Below, piece by piece: positions 23,880-31,634 of a stretch of 32,000 nucleotides of DNA. Within the stretch, counting starts at the first letter, position 1, and the number at the start of each line of letters is the position of its first letter. The stretch comes from Nocardia sp. NPDC049220 (lineage in GTDB: Bacteria; Actinomycetota; Actinomycetes; Mycobacteriales; Mycobacteriaceae): NCBI RefSeq assembly GCF_040647855.1, contig NZ_JBEZDA010000009.1:127139-159138 (forward strand), given 5' to 3'. A program made the translations under genes and the position numbers. Below the pieces are notes generated by a model that made no database searches, was not told where the DNA came from, and was given only the letters and a program-made list of their open reading frames with translations.

Positions 23880-25364
23880 ATGACCCGGTCTGGCAAGGAC
23901 TACATCTCGGGCCTGAAGGACGGGCGTCGGGTGTTCATCGACGGCGAGTACGTCTCCGACGTCGCCGCGCACCCGGCTTTCGCCGGTGCCGTCGCGTCGA
24001 TAGCGAACGTTTACGACAACGCCAACGCGCCCGCGAACCGCGAGGTCATGACGTACCCGTCGCCTACCACCGGCGATCCGGTGAATCTGTCGTTCCTGAT
24101 TCCGCGCAGCGAGGACGACCTGCGGCGCAGGCGCACCGCGTTGCGTCTCTCGGCCGAGACAACCGCGGGACTGATGGGCCGGGGTCCCGAGCACGTGGCA
24201 GGGTTCCTCGCCGGCTGGGCCGGGCGGGCGGACGTCTTCGCCGAGGGTGGGGATCGGTTCGCCGCGAACATCACGGCGTTCTACGAGCACGTGCGTGACA
24301 ACGACCTCTACTGCAGTTACGCAATCGTGCCGCCGCAAATCGACCGCAGCAAGCCCGCTCACCAGCAGGCTGATCCGCACCTCTATGCCGGTGTCAAAGA
24401 AGAGCGCGAGGATGGCATTGTGCTGGCCGGCGCGCAGATGCTCGGCACCGGTGCGGCGATCTCGGACTACCTGATCCTCTCCTGCATCGTGCCGTTGCGG
24501 GAGGGAGACGAAAACTACGCGATTTCGGTTGCCATCCCGCTCGGCGCGCAGGGGCTGAAAGTCTACTCGCGGCGCAGCTACGCCGAAGGTGCTACCAGCG
24601 TCTTCGATTACCCGCTGGCCAGCCAGTTCGACGAGACCGATGCGCTGATCGTGCTCGACGACGTCTTCGTGCCCTGGGAGCGGGTCTTCGTCTTCCGCAA
24701 CCGCGATGTCCTTTCCGGTTCCTGGAACCGCACTCCCGCGCACCTGCTGGGCAACAACCAGGCACAGATCCGCTTCTCGGTGAAGCTCGACCTGCTCACC
24801 GGGCTGGCGCAACGCGTCGCGGCGATGAATGGCTCGGACACGTTCCCGCCCGTCCGCGGCACGCTCGGCCAGTTGGCCGCGCACGCGGCCATGGTCAGCG
24901 GGCTGGTCGCGGCGCAGGAGCAGGAGTGCGAGATCGATGAGCATGGCGTGGCCTGGCCCGCCCGCACGCCCAACTTCGCCATCCAGACCCTGCAGTCGGA
25001 GTTCTACCCGAAGTTGCTGCAGATGGTCCGCGAGCTGTGCGGCGGCGGTGTCATCCAGCTGCCGTCCGACATCCGCGACTACGACAACCCAGAGGCCGCG
25101 GCCGACCTGGAGCGTTACGTCCAGTCACCGGGCTGGAGCAGTGTTGAGCGGGTCAAACTGCTCAAGTTGGTCTGGGATCTGGTCGGCTCGGAATTCGCGG
25201 GCCGGCACGAGCAGTACGAGATGTTCTACGCCGGGGCCCCGTTCCTCGTCCGCACACGGATGGCGCAGGTCTACGATTTCGCCGCTGCGGAGGCATTGGT
25301 GGACCGGGTGATGAGTACCTACGACCGGTCCGGCCGGATCGCATCGGACGGATCGGCGGCCTGA
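23880..25364 (+). CDS. HpaB-type (4-hydroxyphenylacetate 3-monooxygenase family) flavin-dependent oxygenase component
   Basis: ATG at 23880 preceded by GAGGAGGGA. N-terminus MTRSGKDYISGLKDGRRVFIDGEYVSDVAAHPAF is typical of the HpaB/PvcC family. About 494 aa. Confidence 0.9.
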   Translation: MTRSGKDYISGLKDGRRVFIDGEYVSDVAAHPAFAGAVASIANVYDNANAPANREVMTYPSPTTGDPVNLSFLIPRSEDDLRRRRTALRLSAETTAGLMGRGPEHVAGFLAGWAGRADVFAEGGDRFAANITAFYEHVRDNDLYCSYAIVPPQIDRSKPAHQQADPHLYAGVKEEREDGIVLAGAQMLGTGAAISDYLILSCIVPLREGDENYAISVAIPLGAQGLKVYSRRSYAEGATSVFDYPLASQFDETDALIVLDDVFVPWERVFVFRNRDVLSGSWNRTPAHLLGNNQAQIRFSVKLDLLTGLAQRVAAMNGSDTFPPVRGTLGQLAAHAAMVSGLVAAQEQECEIDEHGVAWPARTPNFAIQTLQSEFYPKLLQMVRELCGGGVIQLPSDIRDYDNPEAAADLERYVQSPGWSSVERVKLLKLVWDLVGSEFAGRHEQYEMFYAGAPFLVRTRMAQVYDFAAAEALVDRVMSTYDRSGRIASDGSAA

Positions 25365-26293
25365 TGGCAGGATTGCGAATCGGGGTACCGGACCTCGTCT
25401 CCCCGTCCTATTTCCCCGCGATCGCCGCGGTCGAACTGGGCCTGCTGGCCGACGAGGGGGTCGAAGGCACGATCGAGCTGGTCTTCCCTGTCACCGATGC
25501 GGCTACGTCGCTGCGCGACGGCCGCTTGGACCTGCTGGCCGGGGCCGCGCATGCCCCGCTCTACGCGTTCCCCGGCTGGCGGAACGCCCGGCTGGTCGCC
25601 GCGATCTCCCGCAACACGTACTGGTTCCTCGTGGTGCGGTCGGATCTCGGCGTCGCGCGTGGCGACCTGAAGGCACTACTCGACCTGCGGATCGGTGCTG
25701 CTCCCGGAGTCGACGAGGGACTGCGGCAGTTGCTCGTCCGCTCCGGTGTGGACCTGGCCGGGCAGGGCCTGCGGATCGGACCGATACCGGGGGTCGCGCC
25801 GGGGACGATATCGTTCGGCGTTGCGGCCGCCGAGGCGCTGGCCGACGGCCGGGTGGACGCCTTCTGGGCCAACGGGATGGGCGCAGAGGTCGCGGAGTCG
25901 ACCGGGACCGGAACAGTGGTCGTCGACGCTCGCCGCGACGGAGGCCTCGGCTCGAGACTCACTTTCCCCGCGATCTCCGCCACTCAGGACCTGATCGCCC
26001 GGGACCCGGCGGCGGTCGCCGCAGTCGTGCGCGCACTCGGCCGGGCCCAGCAGGTCCTTGCCGATGACCCGGAGCGGGCCACCGAGGTCGGCCGTCGGCT
26101 CTTCCCGCCGCGCGAGGCCGGGCTGATCGCCGAACTCGTCCGTCGGGACGCGCCGTGGTACGGGACGGAGATTTCCCCCGAGGCGGTCGCCGGCCTCAAC
26201 GCTTTCGGCCGGCACGCCGGCCTGCTGGAGCATGACGTCGCGTTCGATGACGTCGTGGTCACCGATTTCTTCTCGTCCGGAACATCCCGGTGA
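25364..26293 (+). CDS. leaderless NMT1/THI5-like substrate-binding-fold protein (cytoplasmic)
   Basis: The ATG shares its A with the hpaB-type TGA (TGATG). It starts directly with MAGLRIGVPDLVSPSYFPAIAA, a binding-protein first strand, with no signal peptide or lipobox. Compare the exported paralogue-type SBP at 16332. Confidence 0.8.
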   Translation: MAGLRIGVPDLVSPSYFPAIAAVELGLLADEGVEGTIELVFPVTDAATSLRDGRLDLLAGAAHAPLYAFPGWRNARLVAAISRNTYWFLVVRSDLGVARGDLKALLDLRIGAAPGVDEGLRQLLVRSGVDLAGQGLRIGPIPGVAPGTISFGVAAAEALADGRVDAFWANGMGAEVAESTGTGTVVVDARRDGGLGSRLTFPAISATQDLIARDPAAVAAVVRALGRAQQVLADDPERATEVGRRLFPPREAGLIAELVRRDAPWYGTEISPEAVAGLNAFGRHAGLLEHDVAFDDVVVTDFFSSGTSR

Positions 26294-26316
26294 GGCCCGA
26301 CCCGACAGGAGCCGTC

Positions 26317-27003
26317 ATGTCCGCACCACTTGTCCTCGCGATCGCGGGAACGGACGAGACGCTCGTCTTGACCGACTTCGACCTGGTTGTCGCCGGATAT
26401 ACCGGGCGCGACGAGGCAGCGGTGCGCGAACACATCGACGAACTCGCCGCGATCGGAGTGCCCGAGCCGGACTCGGTGCCCGCTTTCTACCCGCTCGACC
26501 GCTCGCTGGCCGTCGTCGCCGACGAGATCACCGTGACCGGGGCCGGGACTTCCGGTGAGGTGGAACCGTTGCTGGTCCGGACCGGGGGCCGGCTCTATCT
26601 CGGCGTCGCGTCCGATCACACGGACCGCGAGCTGGAGCGGACGAGCGTCGCCGGCTCGAAGGCCGCCTGCCCCAAGCCGCTCGGCCCGACGGTGCTGCCG
26701 CTGCCCGCCGACCTCGACTGGGATTCCGTCGCAGTGCGGTCCAGCGTCGACGGCCGGCCCTACCAGGACGGGTACTTGCGAGCGCTGCGCATCCCGACGG
26801 AGGTGCTCGCCCTGTACCTCGCGGCGGGAGATGACGGCCGCGACGTGGTCCTGCTCGGCGGGACTGTTCCGGTGATCGGTGGGGATTTCGTCATGGGTGC
26901 CTCCTGGGAGATGACTCTGCGGCCCGCCGGCGGTCCGGCACTCGAACTGAATTATCGCGTCGCCGTCGTCGATGTCGGCACTGCCGAAGGAGCAAAAGCA
27001 TGA
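26317..27003 (+). CDS. uncharacterised protein, DUF2848-like
   Basis: ATG at 26317 preceded by AGGAG. The alternative GTG at 26290 overlaps the previous stop. Blocks LVVAGYTGRDEAAVREHIDELAAIGVP, TSGEVE and GVASDHTDRELE match my recollection of DUF2848 proteins (unverified). Confidence 0.75.
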   Translation: MSAPLVLAIAGTDETLVLTDFDLVVAGYTGRDEAAVREHIDELAAIGVPEPDSVPAFYPLDRSLAVVADEITVTGAGTSGEVEPLLVRTGGRLYLGVASDHTDRELERTSVAGSKAACPKPLGPTVLPLPADLDWDSVAVRSSVDGRPYQDGYLRALRIPTEVLALYLAAGDDGRDVVLLGGTVPVIGGDFVMGASWEMTLRPAGGPALELNYRVAVVDVGTAEGAKA

Positions 27004-27344
27004 CCAAGCCCGAGATCGAGTTCACTCCGGTCGAGAAGACGGACTTCACCCTGTGCAGCGGGCACGTGCCCGGACTGACCGAGCGGATCCTCGCGACCGA
27101 CCCGGAATCCGGGACCGCGACTCGGATCCTGCGGTTCGCACCCAATACCGACACCACTCCGAACGGCGTGCAGGTCCACGACTTCTGGGAGGAGGTCTAC
27201 ATCCTGGAGGGCGAGATGACGGATCTCCGGCTCGGCCAGATCTTTTCCGCCGGCCAGTACGCGTGCCGGCCGCCGGGCATGGCGCACGGGCCCTGGACGA
27301 GCGGTCCCCAGGGCTGCCTCACCTTCGAGGTCCGCTACCGGTGA
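27000..27344 (+). CDS. cupin domain protein
   Basis: ATGA overlap with the previous stop. Cupin motifs VQVHDFWEEVYILEGE and YACRPPGMAHGP. 114 aa. Confidence 0.8.
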   Translation: MTKPEIEFTPVEKTDFTLCSGHVPGLTERILATDPESGTATRILRFAPNTDTTPNGVQVHDFWEEVYILEGEMTDLRLGQIFSAGQYACRPPGMAHGPWTSGPQGCLTFEVRYR

Positions 27345-28292
27345 TTCCGCTTGCCGGGCCTCGCATCGCCGCGGACGCATTGTTCGAGCTGTGCGATGCG
27401 CGGCTGTGCAACGTGTCGGCGCGGTCGATTTCAGCGAAGATCGGCATCCCAGCACCGATAACCCTGGCCGGCGGCCGCCCGAGCGAAACCGGCGAATGCG
27501 ATGGCGAGAGCGAGCCGTCGCCCAATTCCGGGACAGGTCCCGAAGTGCTATGCCACGACCGACAGCTGGGAATGACTCGTTTTGCCCAAGGCTGGCCAGA
27601 GCGTTCGTGAAACCTCGATGTCGAGCGGATGTGGTGCACGAAAGTGCCTGTCCTGCAAGGCATAGTGGACGGCCCCAGGCTCGGTGTCCGTCCGGGCGAC
27701 GGCGCCTCGCGGGTGCAGACTGTCGCATCGGTCTTCAGGTCGGAATATCCGCGGGCGCGGCGGGATTCGCGTGCCGGATGGATATCGGGTGGGAGCCCGA
27801 AGGGCTCTTCTCACAAGCTCCGATCCCGCTGTCGCCGACCCGTATCCGACCGTTGTGGTGCGCCGGCATCGAACCGTCGGCCGGGCGCGGTAACCGGGCA
27901 AATTCCGGGGCGAATCGGGTAGACGTCGCGTTGCCCGACCGGGACCGTGTCCGGTTCCACGATCGAACGAATCCGACTGGCCGAGCTGATCTGCACCCAG
28001 GGATGGGACCGCTGGCGTGCGGGCGGTGAGTCGGCCGCCAGAATTATCGGGAAGCCCGATAAGGGGGTGGTGCTGTTGTGCCCTCTGACCTGGATTTCAA
28101 CGGGTCGCTGGGTATCGTGGGAAGCGCGATCGCCTGGCCCTGGATGCTCGTGTGGGCAGTCCCGAGGCCGAGCGCCCAGCGCATCCTGTCCGCCTGGGCA
28201 AGGTGGCCGACGTGGGGCAGTCGTTCACCGGTGACGTCGGCTCCGCTTACCGCCCCGAGCAGGTCGGAGCCGACCCACTAAGCTCGGCAGTC

Positions 28293-28931
28293 ATGCACGG
28301 TACAGGTCGGCGCCGCAAACTCGGTGTGATGGGCGGTACGTTCGACCCCATCCACCACGGTCACCTGGTCGCCGCCAGCGAGGTCGCGAACCGCTTCGAC
28401 CTGGACGAAGTGATCTTCGTCCCGACCGGCCAGCCATGGCAGAAGGCGGATAAGCAGGTCAGTCCGGCCGAGGATCGATATTTGATGACCGTGATCGCGA
28501 CCGCGTCCAACCCGCGGTTCTCGGTCAGTCGTGCCGACATCGACCGTGGCAAGGTCACCTACACGGTCGATACCTTGCGAGAGATACAAACGCAGTGTCC
28601 CGATGCCGAGCTGTACTTCATCACCGGTGCGGACGCGCTGGCCAGTATTTTGACATGGCAGGATTGGGCGGAACTGTTCGAACTGGCGAAGTTCGTCGGG
28701 GTGAGCCGTCCGGGCTATGAACTCAATACCGATCATCTCGAGGAGCATCTACGGGATCTTCCCGCCGATGCCGTGACCATGATCGAGATCCCGGCATTGG
28801 CGATCTCGTCGAGCGAATGCCGTCGCCGCGCCGCCGAGAACCGGCCGGTGTGGTACCTGGTCCCGGACGGCGTAGTGCAATACATATCGAAGCGGCACCT
28901 GTATGTGCCCGGAGCAGCGGAAGGTAGCTGA
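28293..28931 (+). CDS. nadD: nicotinate-nucleotide adenylyltransferase
   Basis: ORF 28152..28931 trimmed to ATG 28293 ([25 protein letters not shown]), which contains the (T/H)xGH motif. About 212 aa, matching the mycobacterial NadD length as I recall it. Confidence 0.9.
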   Translation: MHGTGRRRKLGVMGGTFDPIHHGHLVAASEVANRFDLDEVIFVPTGQPWQKADKQVSPAEDRYLMTVIATASNPRFSVSRADIDRGKVTYTVDTLREIQTQCPDAELYFITGADALASILTWQDWAELFELAKFVGVSRPGYELNTDHLEEHLRDLPADAVTMIEIPALAISSSECRRRAAENRPVWYLVPDGVVQYISKRHLYVPGAAEGS

Positions 28932-28959
28932 GCGTGAGCGAGCGCAGCGAGGTGCGGGG

Positions 28960-29373
28960 ATGAGTGCGTCGAGCGAGTCGGTCGAGATGGCGCAGGTCGC
29001 GGCGCGGGCGGCAGACGAGAAGTTGGCCTCCGATGTGGTGGTGCTCGATGTGTCGGAGCAGTTGGTGATCACCGATTGCTTCGTGATCGCGTCCGCGCCC
29101 AACGAGCGCCAGGTGAACGCGATCGTCGACAACGTCGAGGAGAAGCTCGGTGCTGCCGGGCATAAGCCGGTTCGACGCGAGGGCACCCGCGAAGGCCGCT
29201 GGGCGCTGCTGGACTACGTCGATATCGTGGTGCACATTCAGCACAATGATGAGCGCAATTTCTACGCGCTGGAGCGCTTGTGGAAAGACTGCCCGGTCGT
29301 GCCGGTCGAGGGGATCACCGGCGCCTCGCCGGAGCCACACGCGGGTGCGGCGGTCGAGGACCATACCCGGTGA
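28960..29373 (+). CDS. rsfS: ribosome silencing factor RsfS (iojap-like)
   Basis: ATG at 28960. Blocks DVVVLDVSEQLVITDCFVIASAPNERQVNAIVDNVEE and WALLDYVDIVVHIQHNDERNFYALERLW. Confidence 0.9.
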   Translation: MSASSESVEMAQVAARAADEKLASDVVVLDVSEQLVITDCFVIASAPNERQVNAIVDNVEEKLGAAGHKPVRREGTREGRWALLDYVDIVVHIQHNDERNFYALERLWKDCPVVPVEGITGASPEPHAGAAVEDHTR

Positions 29374-29434
29374 GCGAACGAATCGTCACAGCGTCATGGT
29401 TCGGCGTGCGACCGGTCATCGGCGAGGCGAGACA

Positions 29435-30094
29435 GTGAACAAATATGCCGGCGTGCGCACCTTGATCCTGTTGCGCCACGGGCAAACCGAATGGAACGCC
29501 GCCGACCGCATGCAAGGGCAGATCGACACCGATCTCACCGAGCTGGGCCGCAGGCAGGCCAAAGAGGCGGCCCGCGAACTGGTCTCGCGCAACGCGATCG
29601 CGATCGTTTCCTCGGACCTGCGCCGAGCCTTCGACACCGCGTCCGCGCTGGCCGACCATACCGGGCTGTCCGTCGTCCCAGACGCTCGACTGCGGGAGAC
29701 CAACCTCGGTGACTGGGAGGGCTTGACCCACCTCGAAGTCGATGCCGACTACCCGGGTGCGCGCGTCGCGTGGCGGCTCGACGCGAAATACACTCCGCCG
29801 AATGGCGAGAGCAAACTCGAGGTCGGTGCGCGATCGCTGCCGGTCGTGCGGGAATTGCTTGTCCAGCGGCAGGACTGGCCCGGCCGGACTATTATCCTGG
29901 TGGCGCACGGCGGGCTGATCGCTTCCCTCACGGCTGCGCTGCTCGATCTGCCGCCACAGAACTGGCCGATCCTCGGAGGACTGGCCAACACCAGCTGGGT
30001 GCAGCTCAGCAGTCACGGCCCGAGTATCGAACAGCCCGGCTGGCGTCTGGATGTGTGGAACGCAGCGGCGAAGGTAGCACCCGATGTCCTCTGA
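29435..30094 (+). CDS. histidine phosphatase family protein (phosphoglycerate-mutase-like; gpgP-like by synteny)
   Basis: GTG at 29435 ([21 protein letters not shown]) with the RHG catalytic motif, and later LVAHGGLI. Alternative ATG at 29396. Its position after nadD-rsfS mirrors M. tuberculosis gpgP (Rv2419c) as I recall it. Confidence 0.85.
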   Translation: MNKYAGVRTLILLRHGQTEWNAADRMQGQIDTDLTELGRRQAKEAARELVSRNAIAIVSSDLRRAFDTASALADHTGLSVVPDARLRETNLGDWEGLTHLEVDADYPGARVAWRLDAKYTPPNGESKLEVGARSLPVVRELLVQRQDWPGRTIILVAHGGLIASLTAALLDLPPQNWPILGGLANTSWVQLSSHGPSIEQPGWRLDVWNAAAKVAPDVL

Positions 30095-31631
30095 AGAACC
30101 GATTCGATCGGTCCCGGATGAATTGTTCCGGAAGGTGTCGGCCAAGGCCGAACGGCACCTCCCCGACGCGTTGTTCGGCGGCCCGCCGCCGCCCCGGCGG
30201 GAGCCCGAGGTCCGGCCCGAGGTGAAATCAACTAGTGCGACTGGGGACTCGGGTGCGGCGGACCGATCGCCCAGCTCGGAATCCGACGGGACGCACGCGG
30301 AGCGTGACGCAGTAATCGGGCAGACTGCTGCGCAGTCTGCCGAAGGCGTCGGTTCCGACGGTACCGACCAGGACGTGGCCGTAGCGGAGTCGGCGGTTCG
30401 TGTCGACGATGCTGGTGTCGTGGGACACGACGCCGGCGCGCCTGCCGATGCGGCCGACGACGAAACCGCTGCCGCCGCCGAGTCGGTCGTCGCGGAAGCC
30501 GGTGCACAGCATGCCGTGACCGGCTCGCCGGACGAGTCGTCCACGGCGATCGATTCCGCTACTCCGGCAACCGATTCCACCGGGATCGTAGGCACCGAGG
30601 TCGGCTCGCCCACCGCGGCCCAGTCGAGCGATGCGGACATCGCCAGCGCAGCGCAGGCCGCCGCGGACGCCGAGCCGGCTGTCGACGTGGTTGCCGCCAC
30701 TGGTGTGAATGTCGACGTCGACGTGAGTGTCGTCGCAGCCACGGATGAAGTCGCAGGCACGGATGAAGTCCCGGCCGTGGATGTCGTCGCAGCCACGGAT
30801 GTCATCGCAGACGCGGAGACTGTCGTCGACGCGATTATCCCAGAAGCCGAGGCCGTCGCGGCTCGGTCCGCCGCTCCCGCGGCGGAATCGATGGTCGCGG
30901 ACAAGCCCACCGAGGTACGGGAATCCCCGCGCCCGGTGCTCCTGGTGATCGCCGACTCGCTCGCCTATTTCGGCCCTCAGGGTGGGTTGCCCGCCGATGA
31001 CCCGCGAATCTGGCCGAACCTGGTTGCCGCCGAACTGGATTGGGACGTCGAACTGGTCGCCCGGATCGGCTGGACCTGCCGTGACGCCTACTGGGCGTTG
31101 ATCGGTGATCCGCGGGTGTGGGCCGCGGTGCCGCGCGCGGGCGCGGTGGTCTTCGCGGTCGGCGGGATGGACACGCTGCCCTCGCCGCTGCCGACTGCCC
31201 TGCGCGAGCTGATTCGTTACGTGCGTCCACCCGCGCTGCGTCGCATCGTTCGCGCCACCTATAACTGGTTGCAGCCGAAACTCGCGAAACTCGGTCGTCC
31301 CGTGGCGCTTCCGCCGAAGGTGAGTGTCGATTACCTGGAGCAGTCGCGCACCGCGGTGACGCAATTGCGGCCCGACCTGCCGTTTGTAGCGGCGCTTCCC
31401 TCGGTGCACAACTGCGATGCCTATGGCCGCGTGCACTCCGGACGCGATCGTGCCGTCAAGGCGATGCGGGCTTGGTCGGGGCGCACCTCGGTGCCGCTGG
31501 TCGATCTGGGTGAAGCGGTGCGCGACAACATCTTCTCGGGTGCGGCGAACCCGGACGGCATCCACTGGGGCTGGGACGGGCACACCGCTGTCGCCAACGC
31601 GATGGTGAAGACCTTGCAGGAGGTTCGGTAG
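30084..31631 (+). CDS. SGNH/GDSL-like hydrolase with a long acidic low-complexity N-terminal extension
   Basis: C-terminal about 245 aa: [12 protein letters not shown] (block I Ser) and [10 protein letters not shown] (block V D-x-x-H). The N-terminal about 269 aa are D/E/A/V/T-rich with G-initial codons, as in true coding phase. The internal ATG at 30891 would give only the catalytic domain. Confidence 0.75.
   Translation: MSSEEPIRSVPDELFRKVSAKAERHLPDALFGGPPPPRREPEVRPEVKSTSATGDSGAADRSPSSESDGTHAERDAVIGQTAAQSAEGVGSDGTDQDVAVAESAVRVDDAGVVGHDAGAPADAADDETAAAAESVVAEAGAQHAVTGSPDESSTAIDSATPATDSTGIVGTEVGSPTAAQSSDADIASAAQAAADAEPAVDVVAATGVNVDVDVSVVAATDEVAGTDEVPAVDVVAATDVIADAETVVDAIIPEAEAVAARSAAPAAESMVADKPTEVRESPRPVLLVIADSLAYFGPQGGLPADDPRIWPNLVAAELDWDVELVARIGWTCRDAYWALIGDPRVWAAVPRAGAVVFAVGGMDTLPSPLPTALRELIRYVRPPALRRIVRATYNWLQPKLAKLGRPVALPPKVSVDYLEQSRTAVTQLRPDLPFVAALPSVHNCDAYGRVHSGRDRAVKAMRAWSGRTSVPLVDLGEAVRDNIFSGAANPDGIHWGWDGHTAVANAMVKTLQEVR
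30729..30801 (+). repeat. in-frame short repeats inside the acidic extension (19-mer at 54-bp period; 13-mer at 18-bp period)
   Basis: GTCGTCGCAGCCACGGATG occurs at 30729-30747 and 30783-30801. CACGGATGAAGTC occurs at 30740-30752 and 30758-30770. These encode [24 protein letters not shown]. Confidence 0.8.
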
Positions 31632-31634
31632 TCC

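Noticed and set aside
23712-24944. 410-aa minus-strand ORF opposite the HpaB-type gene
   Set aside because: It is a shadow ORF whose composition is dominated by Arg/Val/Asp/Gly. The plus-strand frame has a family-typical N-terminus and an RBS.
27391-28029. 212-aa plus-strand ORF, the longest in the gene-less interval
   Set aside because: The product is Arg/Cys/Pro/Ala-rich with no motifs. It shows no sustained third-position G/C bias and has no RBS. I treat it as non-coding pending blastx.
28078-28281. 67-aa ORF with one hydrophobic segment ([19 protein letters not shown]) just upstream of nadD, a possible small membrane protein
   Set aside because: Its codon-position GC pattern is wrong: position 1 is low and position 2 is high. 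The overlapping nadD-phase frame shows the more coding-like pattern. The only start is a GTG with a distant G-rich RBS-like stretch. Not supportable without ribosome profiling.
28152-28292. 47-codon in-frame N-terminal extension of nadD (track ORF starts at 28152)
   Set aside because: ATG 28293 gives [25 protein letters not shown]. This aligns with the N-terminus and the approximate 211-aa length I recall for mycobacterial NadD. The extension has no NadD-like sequence, although its codon bias leaves a small doubt.
29315-30910. 531-aa minus-strand ORF whose first 270 aa are Ser/Thr/Ala-rich, a possible secreted low-complexity protein, opposite the SGNH extension
   Set aside because: It shares third codon positions with the plus-strand frame, so GC3 cannot separate the two. 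The plus frame has G-initial GAC/GCC/GTC codons (true-phase signature). The minus frame has C at position 2, which is the classic Ser/Thr/Ala/Pro shadow. It also runs antisense through the well-supported histidine phosphatase.
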